Assembly (NCBI GenBank): GCA_964514975.1
Contig: CAZESS010000010.1
Location: 1-64,000, forward strand
Length of the DNA stretch: 64,000 nucleotides
DNA from: an uncultured Thermoplasmatales archaeon
GTDB lineage: Archaea; Thermoplasmatota; E2; UBA202; DSCA01
Direction: 5' to 3'
The notes beneath the pieces were generated by a model. That model was not told the DNA's origin, made no database searches, and saw only the letters and a program-made list of their open reading frames with translations. The position numbers and the translations under genes are program-made. Shown here in pieces: positions 39,205 through 48,174 of the stretch (position 1 is the stretch's first letter; the number at the start of each line of letters is the position of its first letter).

Positions 39205-40761
39205 TTATACTGGTTCCTCTACCTCAGCTTCCTGTTCTCCCGTGTGGAATATCGGCTCGTAGCCCTCGATGTCTTTTTCACCCGGCTTGTACACTTCGAG
39301 GACGCCGGTGTCCTTCTTTTCGCCGCTCCACCAGGTTTTCGGCAAAATGGTATGTGATTTTTCGTCGATACGTTTTTGTATCTCGGGGATGGTAAGAAGA
39401 TCGAACATCCGGGTGATTTCTTCTTCAAGGCTGACCCTGGGCTGGAAGCCAAATTCCTGTGGAAGCTTCGTCGAGACGACTTCGAAGGGATGCTTGTCGG
39501 CTTCCACCCGCGGGTTTTCCAGCCGCTGGATGGATACGTCAAGGTCGAATGCGTCGTTTCCGACGACGGCAACGGTTTCCGCCAGTCGCTTTATCTTGTG
39601 GAGTCCCGACACCTGGTTGACCACGTCGTATTGCCCGGGCTCCGGCGGCGACGAGATAAGGCGAACCATGCATTCCATGGCGTCCTCCAGAGCGATGAAT
39701 CCCCGTATCTGCTCGCCCTCCCCGTAGATGGTGAGCGGGATGCCCTGGATGGCCTGCGCCACGAAGCGGTTGACAACGGTGCCGAACCATTCGTCGATAT
39801 CCAGCCGGGTGCGCAGGCGGGGGTCCGCCGCCAGTTCATCGGTGTGCACACCATAGATGACGCCCTGCATGATGTCGTAGGAGCGGAGCCACCAGTATTT
39901 ACATGCCTCGTAGACGTTGAAGGTGTCCTGCACCTTGCTGACATGGTAGAAGCTGACCGGGTCACGGGGGGTGACCTCGCCGCCCATGCTCCATTCACGT
40001 CCATCCCATCTGAGGACCGCGTCGGAGGGAAAAAGGCCTTCGAACAGCGGCCGGCCGGTGAGGGGGCTTCCATATTCTCCCATGGTCCCGAGCTTGATGA
40101 GAGATGTCTCGGGTACGACATCCTTCATAATCCAGAGGAGACCAAGGGTGCCCAGCGTGTTGTTATCCTGGGTCTCGATGGCATGTTCGGCGTCCACCAG
40201 CGAGTAGGGTGCAGAGGGAATCTCCGCGTAGTGAACGATTGACTCCGGCTTCACTTCTTCGATGAACTCTCGAAGCTTTTTCCGGTCCCGGATGTCCATC
40301 CGGCGGAAGTTGATATCGATATCAAGGGCCTCTTTCGCCGCATGCAATCGCTCGGTCATCTTTTCGATGGGAACGATGGTGTGAGCGCCTTTCTCCATGA
40401 CGCAGTCACGGCGGGTGTAATTGTCAATACCGCTGACCTTGCAGCCCAGGACTCCCAGCTTCAACGCGAGCGTCCATCCAAGGTAGCCGTCCAGGCCGAG
40501 AATCATAACCCGCATGTCCCTCAGCATGTAAACATTATATTGTTCCTTGAACTCCCATTCCGGGCACTGTTCAAAGGTGATAGACGGCTCGAAATGTCCC
40601 AGCTCGGGCCGTCGCTTGCATTCTATCATAATCTGGCCTTCAGGGCCCATCTGCTTCTTTATTTCTTCCTTCGACTGCCCGCAGGCCCGAAAATCGACGT
40701 TTCCCTTGAATATGGCCGCCGGACAGTTCCAGCATGTCTTATCCGCATTATGTGGCTTCAT
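39205..40761 (-). CDS. sqdB: UDP-sulfoquinovose synthase (SqdB/Agl3) with an 82-aa Cys-rich N-terminal extension
   Basis: 'ILGLDGYLGW', 'DNYTRR', 'PSAPYS', 'KLGTMGEYG', 'SFYHVSK', 'FGTVVNRF', 'NPRVE'. Confidence 0.9.
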   Translation of the reverse strand: MKPHNADKTCWNCPAAIFKGNVDFRACGQSKEEIKKQMGPEGQIMIECKRRPELGHFEPSITFEQCPEWEFKEQYNVYMLRDMRVMILGLDGYLGWTLALKLGVLGCKVSGIDNYTRRDCVMEKGAHTIVPIEKMTERLHAAKEALDIDINFRRMDIRDRKKLREFIEEVKPESIVHYAEIPSAPYSLVDAEHAIETQDNNTLGTLGLLWIMKDVVPETSLIKLGTMGEYGSPLTGRPLFEGLFPSDAVLRWDGREWSMGGEVTPRDPVSFYHVSKVQDTFNVYEACKYWWLRSYDIMQGVIYGVHTDELAADPRLRTRLDIDEWFGTVVNRFVAQAIQGIPLTIYGEGEQIRGFIALEDAMECMVRLISSPPEPGQYDVVNQVSGLHKIKRLAETVAVVGNDAFDLDVSIQRLENPRVEADKHPFEVVSTKLPQEFGFQPRVSLEEEITRMFDLLTIPEIQKRIDEKSHTILPKTWWSGEKKDTGVLEVYKPGEKDIEGYEPIFHTGEQEAEVEEPV

Positions 40762-42059
40762 AGTGGTTCACCCTGTACATGATGTAAGATTGAGGTGACG
40801 TCCTCAACATGGGGATATGATGAGACTATTTTACTGTTTTCCCTTCCCTTAACATAAAGAAACGCGTCATCCTGCGTGTGCATGCCCACGATGGTGTCAT
40901 CCGTCTCGAAAAGGGAACGCTGTCGCATGCTCCCGCTCAGGCTGAACCCGGAATGCGGGAGCAGCACCATGTCTGGCGCCCGGTCAGTATGGTCGCCATG
41001 GTAGAGGTCTTTTTTTGTATATACCTTTTTGATGACCGGCTCGCCGTCTTTTTCCAGCTGGTAGAAGAGCTCCGTGAGCTCCTCAACGACCTGTTCTTCC
41101 TCGTCCTCCGTGACGGAGCCCCGGGGATACGTGTCTTTTTTGTTGAAATATACACGGGAAGGGTCCAGGGCAAATGCCTTCGTACCCCTTTCTATGTTGT
41201 TGTATTTTCTGTCCGGCTGGTCGCCCCAGTTGAGGTAGCCTTCGCTGGCGAGATACGTGTTGAGGTGGACGCTGGACTGGATGCGCTCCATGCCGTGGTC
41301 GGAGAGCATGAGGAGCGCGTCGTTGTCATGCATCCGGTTGTTGATTTCGCCGATGGCGTCGTCGACTCGCTTGAAGTATTCGAGGAATTGCTCGTGGTGT
41401 TTGTGGTCGGGGTCTTCGTAGGCGTCCCAGAGGAAATGTTCCAGGCGGTCGGAACCGGTGAACACGAGCATGAACGTGTCCCAGTCCATCGTGTTCCACA
41501 GCCTGCGGGAGAGCTGCATCCGTTTTTCGTGAACCCGGAAGAGGTCTTTGAGGAACAGCTCGGTTGACTTGTATGCTTTTTTGCTGTCGACGTCGACCCG
41601 GTAGCCCATGTCCTGCAATGTCTGCACAGATGATGGCGGATAGACGGCTTTTTGGAGGTCGAGGGACACGAAGCCGGAGACCCAGAAGCCGTTTATCTCT
41701 CTGACCGGATAGGTGGCGGGCACGTTGATGATGACATATGTTTTGTCATGCTGCTGCCAGAACGCCGGCTGCTGGATGTTACGATAGTTGGGAAATGACA
41801 TGGTGTAGGTGCCGGGTATCAGGTCGGTGAAACCGTAGATGCCGTGTTCCCCGGGATTTTTGCCGGTGATGATGGAGCTCCATGACACGGACGATATCTC
41901 GGGGATGGAGGACTCCATGGCGGTGAACACGCCGTCTCTGCGGAGCTCCCGGAAGTGTGGCATCACGCCATGGTCTGATAAATCCTCGAGAAGCCGGTAG
42001 GGGACACCATCGATACCGATGATGACCAGTCGTCCGTTGTTTTCTTTCTCGCTACCCAT
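40758..42059 (-). CDS. Alkaline phosphatase superfamily protein (type I phosphodiesterase/nucleotide pyrophosphatase)
   Basis: 'IIGIDG', 'S.VSW.S..TG.NPG.HGI.GF', 'DR..H', 'SDHG', 'G.H'. Confidence 0.88.
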   Translation of the reverse strand: MGSEKENNGRLVIIGIDGVPYRLLEDLSDHGVMPHFRELRRDGVFTAMESSIPEISSVSWSSIITGKNPGEHGIYGFTDLIPGTYTMSFPNYRNIQQPAFWQQHDKTYVIINVPATYPVREINGFWVSGFVSLDLQKAVYPPSSVQTLQDMGYRVDVDSKKAYKSTELFLKDLFRVHEKRMQLSRRLWNTMDWDTFMLVFTGSDRLEHFLWDAYEDPDHKHHEQFLEYFKRVDDAIGEINNRMHDNDALLMLSDHGMERIQSSVHLNTYLASEGYLNWGDQPDRKYNNIERGTKAFALDPSRVYFNKKDTYPRGSVTEDEEEQVVEELTELFYQLEKDGEPVIKKVYTKKDLYHGDHTDRAPDMVLLPHSGFSLSGSMRQRSLFETDDTIVGMHTQDDAFLYVKGRENSKIVSSYPHVEDVTSILHHVQGEPL

Positions 42060-42251
42060 AATAACTCGGTGTCATAAAGAACCCATTTATTTAAAAAACT
42101 GTCGGCTGTGGCTGTGGCGCTGTCTCCTGCCTGCCGTCTCGTTGTTCCTGTCCCTTTTCCATATTATTATTTATATCCATGCTGTTTTCATGCGCCAGAA
42201 CCGGCCTATTTTTCCATATCTATTTAAAAGCATAGCGCATTCAGGAGGCCG

Positions 42252-43766
42252 ATGATAGCCCGGAAGTCGGCGTTGATTATCGCTGTGCAGGCCGCCAACG
42301 GCATCCTGGGCTACATCGGGCTGAAGTTTATCGCCCTGTATATGGACCCCTGGCAGTACGGCGTCGTGGGCTTTGCCTACGGGCTGGTGAGCGTCCTCTC
42401 GATTGTCGGAAGGCTCGGGTTCGACCGGGCGCACATCAAGCGGGTGTCGGAGGGACGAGACCTGGGCACCTGTATCGCCACCTTTGCGTCCTCCAAGCTG
42501 GGGTTGGCCGGCGTGATGTCCGCCGTGTTGATGGTCGGGGTCGTGGCGTGGAAATATGTCCTCGGCCGGGGTTTCGAGTCGGTGGTACACCAGCAGGCGA
42601 TGTATGTGATGCTGGCCTATTTTTTCCTTTTTACGCTGAGCCGGATATTTGTTTCCACGTTTAACGCCCGGAAGGAAACCGCGAAGGCGATGCTGCCCAT
42701 GTTCGCCTATCAGATAGGGCGGATCGGGGCCACGGTGTATGTCGCCCTGTCCGGGCTCGGGGCCCTCGCGCTCGCCTATACATATATTGTCGGGGAGATA
42801 TTCGAGGTGGCTCTCGCCTGGTATTTTGCCCGGCGGTATCCGGTGGGGAAACCCACGGCGTCGATGGCGAAGAGCTACATCTCGTTCGCGATGCCCATGG
42901 CCGTGGTGGTGGCCTCGTCGATTCTCATGCGGAACATCGACAAGGTGTTCATCCAGCTTTTTATGTACGCGGAGGACGTGGGCCGGTATTTCGCGATCAG
43001 CAACCTCTCCCGGTTCATCATCCTGTTTGTCTCCGCGGTGGGCACGCTTATCTTCCCCACCATCTCGGAGCATCATGCACGGAAAAACATGCGGGAGATA
43101 GAGCGGCTGACCCTTGTCTCCGAGCGATATCTGAGCATGATGGTGTTCCCCCTGGTGATGCTGATGGTGGTGCTGGCGGAGCCCATCATCCGGGTTTTGC
43201 TGAGCAACAAGTATCTGCCCGCGCTGACGGTGCTGCAGATCATGCCGTTTTTCGTGCTGATCGAGGCATTGTCGAAGCCATATGACACGCAGCTGTCCGG
43301 CATGAACCTGCCCCGGCTGACCAAGAACAGGGTGATCATCATGGCGGCGAGCAACGTGGCGTTGAACCTGGTGCTCATTCCACCGGACATTAAAAGTATT
43401 GGATTGAAAACGGCGGGGCTGGGCGTGGAGGGAGCAGCGGTGGCCACCGTGGCCGCCTACGCTATCGGGCTGCTGTATATCCGGTTTGTGGCATGGCGGA
43501 TGACGGGCATCAAAGCCAATCCGCGTATCGTGCTGCACGCGATTGCGGCCGGAGGGATGGCGCTGCTGCTCTGGTATGTGAACCAGATGGCCCATTTTGG
43601 CCGATGGTATGAGCTTCTGGGAGCGGGTTTGTTCGGTCTTGGGGTATATGTCGGCCTGCTGGTTTTGATGCGGGAGTTCACCCGTGAGGACTTCGACCTG
43701 TTCATGGACACCCTGAACGTGAAAAAGATGCTCGCCTATGTCAGGGACGAGATACGGAGAGAGTAG
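42252..43766 (+). CDS. Oligosaccharide flippase (Wzx/MOP family)
   Basis: Many TM helices; 'IDK..I', 'VG.Y', 'IFP.IS', 'N..LN.VLIP', 'G..GAAVAT'. Confidence 0.9.
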   Translation: MIARKSALIIAVQAANGILGYIGLKFIALYMDPWQYGVVGFAYGLVSVLSIVGRLGFDRAHIKRVSEGRDLGTCIATFASSKLGLAGVMSAVLMVGVVAWKYVLGRGFESVVHQQAMYVMLAYFFLFTLSRIFVSTFNARKETAKAMLPMFAYQIGRIGATVYVALSGLGALALAYTYIVGEIFEVALAWYFARRYPVGKPTASMAKSYISFAMPMAVVVASSILMRNIDKVFIQLFMYAEDVGRYFAISNLSRFIILFVSAVGTLIFPTISEHHARKNMREIERLTLVSERYLSMMVFPLVMLMVVLAEPIIRVLLSNKYLPALTVLQIMPFFVLIEALSKPYDTQLSGMNLPRLTKNRVIIMAASNVALNLVLIPPDIKSIGLKTAGLGVEGAAVATVAAYAIGLLYIRFVAWRMTGIKANPRIVLHAIAAGGMALLLWYVNQMAHFGRWYELLGAGLFGLGVYVGLLVLMREFTREDFDLFMDTLNVKKMLAYVRDEIRRE

Positions 43767-43868
43767 ACCGCCGCTGTGTCGACAGATATAAATGATATTC
43801 CTGTATTTTGAGGACTGAGTGATAACGGTGTCTCTTGTAACACGCTCTATTATTATGGGGGTTGTATC

Positions 43869-44843
43869 GTGCATGTCGCAGTGATTGGAACCGGCAGGGT
43901 CGGACGGTATACGGTGATGCTGCTGGCGAGCGAACGCTGGATAGACCGGCTGACGCTGGTTGATGTAAAGCCGGGCCTGGCACGGGCGGTGGCGGAGGAG
44001 GTCAGGCATGCCCTGGCCAGCATCCGGAATCCCATCGAGGTGGATTCGTTCCAGGACAGCATGGCGGTACAGGACGCCGACATCGTCCTGGTTACGGCGG
44101 GAACGCCGCGGACGCCTGACATGAAGGAGCGGACGAATCTGACGTCGCGGAACGCCGCCATCATCCGGGATATCGCGGAGGTCGTGGCTCCCGCTAACCC
44201 GGATGCCAGGTATGTGATTGTGACCAACCCGGTGGACGCCATGGCCACCCTGTTCAAAGAGATATCGGAGGCACGATGGGTCATCAGCACGGGAACGAAT
44301 CTGGAAAGCCAGCGATTTCGAGCCGAGCTCGCGAAACAGTTGGACATCCCTATCTCTGCGGTGCAGGGGTTCGTGGGCGGGGAACACGGCCAAAGAGCGG
44401 TGTTTTTGTGGTCGACGGTAAAAATAGGGGGATTGCCCCTGGAAAAATACACGGATATGACAGGAAAAACCATCGACAAATCTATGATAGAGAAATCAGT
44501 GAAAGAGATATCACGGCACATCATCAAGGCGAGCGGCGGCACCAGACATGGGCCGGCAACTTCTTTTAGGGATATTGTACGGTCTGTAGCAGTGGACGAG
44601 AACCGGGTGCTGTCGGTTGCCACCCCGTATGAACTCCGGGATGGGTCCGGGGAGGTCATGGTTGGCAGACCACAGATGGTCGGCAAATATCTCGGATACA
44701 CGCTGGAAGACGATTTGACCCCGGGCGAACGAGACAGCATTGAAACGGCGGCACAACGAATCCATGAAACATATACAAAAATATACAAAAGCCAAATCAG
44801 CCCTGGAACCATGAGGGATGGCAGGCAGCCGACCAATGAATAG
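43869..44843 (+). CDS. LDH/MDH-family 2-hydroxyacid dehydrogenase (MDH-like)
   Basis: 'VIGTGRVG', 'AGTPR.P', 'VTNPVD', 'GTNLESQR', 'GEHG'. Confidence 0.88.
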   Translation: MHVAVIGTGRVGRYTVMLLASERWIDRLTLVDVKPGLARAVAEEVRHALASIRNPIEVDSFQDSMAVQDADIVLVTAGTPRTPDMKERTNLTSRNAAIIRDIAEVVAPANPDARYVIVTNPVDAMATLFKEISEARWVISTGTNLESQRFRAELAKQLDIPISAVQGFVGGEHGQRAVFLWSTVKIGGLPLEKYTDMTGKTIDKSMIEKSVKEISRHIIKASGGTRHGPATSFRDIVRSVAVDENRVLSVATPYELRDGSGEVMVGRPQMVGKYLGYTLEDDLTPGERDSIETAAQRIHETYTKIYKSQISPGTMRDGRQPTNE

Positions 44844-45810
44844 AAATGTGTTGCTATTGCTGAACGAACGGCGGCAGGTGTTAGACAGCCGCATTGATTT
44901 ATTGGAGCAGCAAGGCTGGGATGTCGAGGTCTGCTACGTTGGGTTTTTTGGCTTCTGGCAGCTTTTCAAGCTCTGCCTGCAAAAGGATTTCCGTTTTGTA
45001 TGGTCTATCAGTAATCCGGTCTGGCTGCATCTGTATGGATTCGTTATCAGCCTGTTTTTTTGTTGCACATGGGTTGCAGAGATGAGGGACGACCTGATGT
45101 ATTACAAGGATGTTTTTTCGGCAGCCGGGTTTTGGCTTGTACGTTGTTTTTCTGATGTCTCCCTGCTGTGCAGGGACAACTGGAGCGAACATGACGGTTT
45201 TGAAATGTTGCCCTATTTTGGTTCGAGCAGGAAACCCAATAGGGATATGGATAAGTTTTCATGTTTTACCGTGGTATATGCCGGGCGGTTCTATGACGGA
45301 TGGATTACGCCGATATGTTTTCTGTACGCCTGCCATGATTTTATTGAAACACATGGTCTTACCCCTGACGATTTCAGGATATGGTTTTATGCAAAAAAAT
45401 GGCGACCAGAATATGACGGGATTATTTCCCGTGAGTATTATGATGTCAGGGACTATGTTTCAGAGCAAAAGATATATCGGATTTATCAACGGTCGCATTT
45501 GTTGCTCTACATCGTCGGGGCACCCGAGTCATCTCAGAATAAAATAAATAAAAAGCTGTGGGATTACATCAGCAGCGGCACCCCCATTCTTTGTATATCT
45601 GGAGAGGGATACAGAGTGAATAATATAATACGGGACAATGACCTGGGATACGTGTGCTATGAGAACGATATAGCTTCTATTGAAAAAGCCCTGGAAACGG
45701 CATATAACAACAGCGGAGAGGTCAATGCTGATAGCTGGAGGCTGTTCCGCCGGAGAGACCATGATATGGCATTAGTAGAAGTGTTGGACAGATACCTAGA
45801 AACTGAATGA
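44836..45810 (+). CDS. GT4-like (GT-B) glycosyltransferase, divergent
   Basis: 'WVAEMRD', 'VVYAGRFY', 'KLWDYI.SG.PIL'. Lower GC than its flanks. Confidence 0.7.
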   Translation: MNRNVLLLLNERRQVLDSRIDLLEQQGWDVEVCYVGFFGFWQLFKLCLQKDFRFVWSISNPVWLHLYGFVISLFFCCTWVAEMRDDLMYYKDVFSAAGFWLVRCFSDVSLLCRDNWSEHDGFEMLPYFGSSRKPNRDMDKFSCFTVVYAGRFYDGWITPICFLYACHDFIETHGLTPDDFRIWFYAKKWRPEYDGIISREYYDVRDYVSEQKIYRIYQRSHLLLYIVGAPESSQNKINKKLWDYISSGTPILCISGEGYRVNNIIRDNDLGYVCYENDIASIEKALETAYNNSGEVNADSWRLFRRRDHDMALVEVLDRYLETE

Positions 45811-46130
45811 AAGGTTTTTTCTGAGCTGTCAAACTGATAAAATAAGTGTCATTGCAGCAATAATATTTGTAATACTCTCTTGCAAGGTGATAATATGATT
45901 TTGCCTTTTTCCAGACGGTTTTTACCACTGAGCATTAACTGTCGAATCACAGGTGTTTTTCCCCGCCTTTTAGTACGGTAGCCTTTACGGCAAGGTACTC
46001 AGGATGCGGCAATAGCCTCCAACTCTAGGCATCAATATGGTCACTTTTCCAGAAAGGACTTAGATTTAATCCTTCCACCCCTAAACCAGAAATAAGATTT
46101 TCGCTTGATGTCCGGAAGTGTACTGTCCGG

Positions 46131-46547
46131 AAGCATGATGCGCTGGCTATCGATGAGACCATGGTAAGGATCGACGGTGAATGATGGATTGTCTGGGCTG
46201 CCATCGATATGGAGCGATGGGACATCTTGGCCGTCTGAATCACCCAGGCCCGGTCATCTCTTGAAGCATACAGCTTCATTAAGCATGCCCTCCGGAAATG
46301 CACAAATGAGCCAACCATCTATGTGGACAGATGTCCGTGGTATAAGCCGGCGCTGGAACGCCTCAGCATAACATGGGAGCGTAGGACGTTTGGCCCGCAG
46401 AATCCCATCGAGCAATGGTTCGGCATACTGAAGCACCGGGTCAAACGGTTCTATGTCCGCTGACCGTATAACGCCGGGCGCGACACCGCCCAGCAGTGAA
46501 TCGCCGCCTTTGTGACGCTCTACAACATCAGGAAGTGCCTAAGTTGA
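46131..46547 (+). mobile_element. IS6-family transposase remnant (3' half), inactivated
   Basis: One frame reads 'LAIDETMVRI...WIVWAAID...YVDRCPWY..AL...TFG..NPIEQWF..LKHR.KRF'. In-frame TGA at 46182, 46236, 46461 and 46497. Ends CTAAGTTGA, as archaeal IS6 transposase genes often do. Confidence 0.85.
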
Positions 46548-46734
46548 TATCTACAAAGATGGGACAAAAAAGAGATTAAAAATGGCAGTTGACTATGAAT
46601 CTATAATATCTTTTTATGAAAAATAAATCCGATATATTTTTAACCTAATTCCTTTTTATTCTTGGCGTGATAACATAACAACTCACGAATATTTAAAAGA
46701 AAATAAACAAATAGAAAGGTCACTTAAAAATTCC

Positions 46735-47400
46735 GTGGTGTTTCATGTAGGTCTTTCTAAAACGGGTTCTTCATTTTTGCAAAATTGCGTTTTCCCAGAA
46801 ATTGACGTTAATCTAATCAAGCAATTCAAATTACATTCATCTATCGACGGAAAATATGATATCACACTTGTTTCTGATGAAACTTTATCCAATGACTGTC
46901 TGTGGTTCAACTGTGCTCCCCGCAATGTCGTGGCAAAACGGATACACGATCTTTTCCCGAGGGCATCAATAATTATTGTCACTAGAGATAAAGATGATTT
47001 TGCACGGTCTATGTGGAGAGAATATGTAGAGTGGGGCGGTGATAAGTCTTACCAAGCCTGGCGTAATGACATGAAACAATGTAACCCGGATGTTTTTTCT
47101 TTCGGCAAATACGTGGATTTATTAAATTATCTTTTTGAAAGAGTTCTCGTTTTGGAGTTTAGCACACTAAAAGACGACGTCGAATATTTTATTAGTGAAA
47201 TCTGTGACTTTATCGGCGTTCCAATACCAGATTATGAAAACAGGATTGTAAATAAGTCACTTGATAAGAAGGCAGCAAAAAGATGGCAACGTTTCAACCG
47301 TTTTTTTAGCTCGCACTGGAGTAAGGGGAGGCTACCCATGTATTCTAATCCCCTATATTGGATGCGTCAAATGAGAAAACGATTAGGCGTGCAATTATGA
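46735..47400 (+). CDS. Sulfotransferase-family protein
   Basis: PAPS-binding-like 'FHVGLSKTGSSFLQ', 'VSDE.LS', 'IIIV.R......S', 'IC.FIG', 'N.S'. Low GC. Confidence 0.75.
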   Translation: MVFHVGLSKTGSSFLQNCVFPEIDVNLIKQFKLHSSIDGKYDITLVSDETLSNDCLWFNCAPRNVVAKRIHDLFPRASIIIVTRDKDDFARSMWREYVEWGGDKSYQAWRNDMKQCNPDVFSFGKYVDLLNYLFERVLVLEFSTLKDDVEYFISEICDFIGVPIPDYENRIVNKSLDKKAAKRWQRFNRFFSSHWSKGRLPMYSNPLYWMRQMRKRLGVQL

Positions 47401-47503
47401 AAAAGGCAGCATCTGCCAACACTCAAATACGACGTCACTTAATAATACATGATATGTTTTTTTGTATTTATTTATGTCAGCTTTATCTCGATTAAATAAT
47501 AAC

Positions 47504-48112
47504 CTAGATTTTGCCGCGCGGGTTTATTAACTTTTGATAAAAAAAATCGTACATTTTTCTCGGCATTTTCTTAACATATTTTGGATATTTTAAAGATATA
47601 ATTGAGTTTGTTCGCAGATATTGAATAAAGTTTCTTGGGTCTCTACTAGGATGCTCCATATGCTTCACTGCACTTACTGGAAATTTTATAAGTTCATACC
47701 CCATTTTCTGGAGTCGATAGCTGAATTCTACATCTTCAGAAAAAAGCATCATGGGATCAAATCCACCCACCTTAAAAAAGTCCTTCCTCGTAATGGATAG
47801 AACCCTGCCTATCAAATAATCATGCCATCTACTTTTAAGACCAGCTACACTATGCTCACTGACTGCAAACGTTAACTTTTTGAAAAATATCTTTGAAAAT
47901 TTTATATCGTCATCCATAAACACTAAAACATTCCCAGATGCTTTCATTGCCCCAATATTTCTGGCGACAGAAAGACCGTTGATGGATTCATTGTCGGTTT
48001 TCCAATCAGAAATAATTACTTCTACATCGTCGGGAACAGATTTAAGCGTTGCCGGCTCCTCTGAGAGGGTAGGAATGACTACGGTAACATCTTTTTCCAT
48101 ATTTTCTCGCAT
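47504..48112 (-). CDS. GT2 glycosyltransferase (short)
   Basis: 'VVIPT', 'ARNIGA', 'FMDDD', 'GGFD', 'EDVEF.YR'. Low GC. Confidence 0.85.
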   Translation of the reverse strand: MRENMEKDVTVVIPTLSEEPATLKSVPDDVEVIISDWKTDNESINGLSVARNIGAMKASGNVLVFMDDDIKFSKIFFKKLTFAVSEHSVAGLKSRWHDYLIGRVLSITRKDFFKVGGFDPMMLFSEDVEFSYRLQKMGYELIKFPVSAVKHMEHPSRDPRNFIQYLRTNSIISLKYPKYVKKMPRKMYDFFYQKLINPRGKI

Positions 48113-48174
48113 TAAACTCAACCACTTATTTAATTTCTTCTAAACATCAATAGGTATTTAAATACCCATGGAAT

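Noticed and set aside
42171-44393. 740-aa minus-strand ORF, and similar long ORFs at 7276-8646, 10916-12586, 13379-14740 and 19825-21468
   Set aside because: Antisense shadows of well-supported genes in GC-rich DNA, with no recognisable motifs.
45722-45928. 68-aa ORF and a possible IS6 left inverted repeat (GCTGTCAAACT near 45825)
   Set aside because: Match to the right end is weak, there is no target duplication, and the ORF has no recognisable domain.
46131-46547. UGA recoding (Sec or Trp) of an active transposase
   Set aside because: Many host genes end in TGA, the element lacks its 5' half, and other Trp codons in it are TGG.
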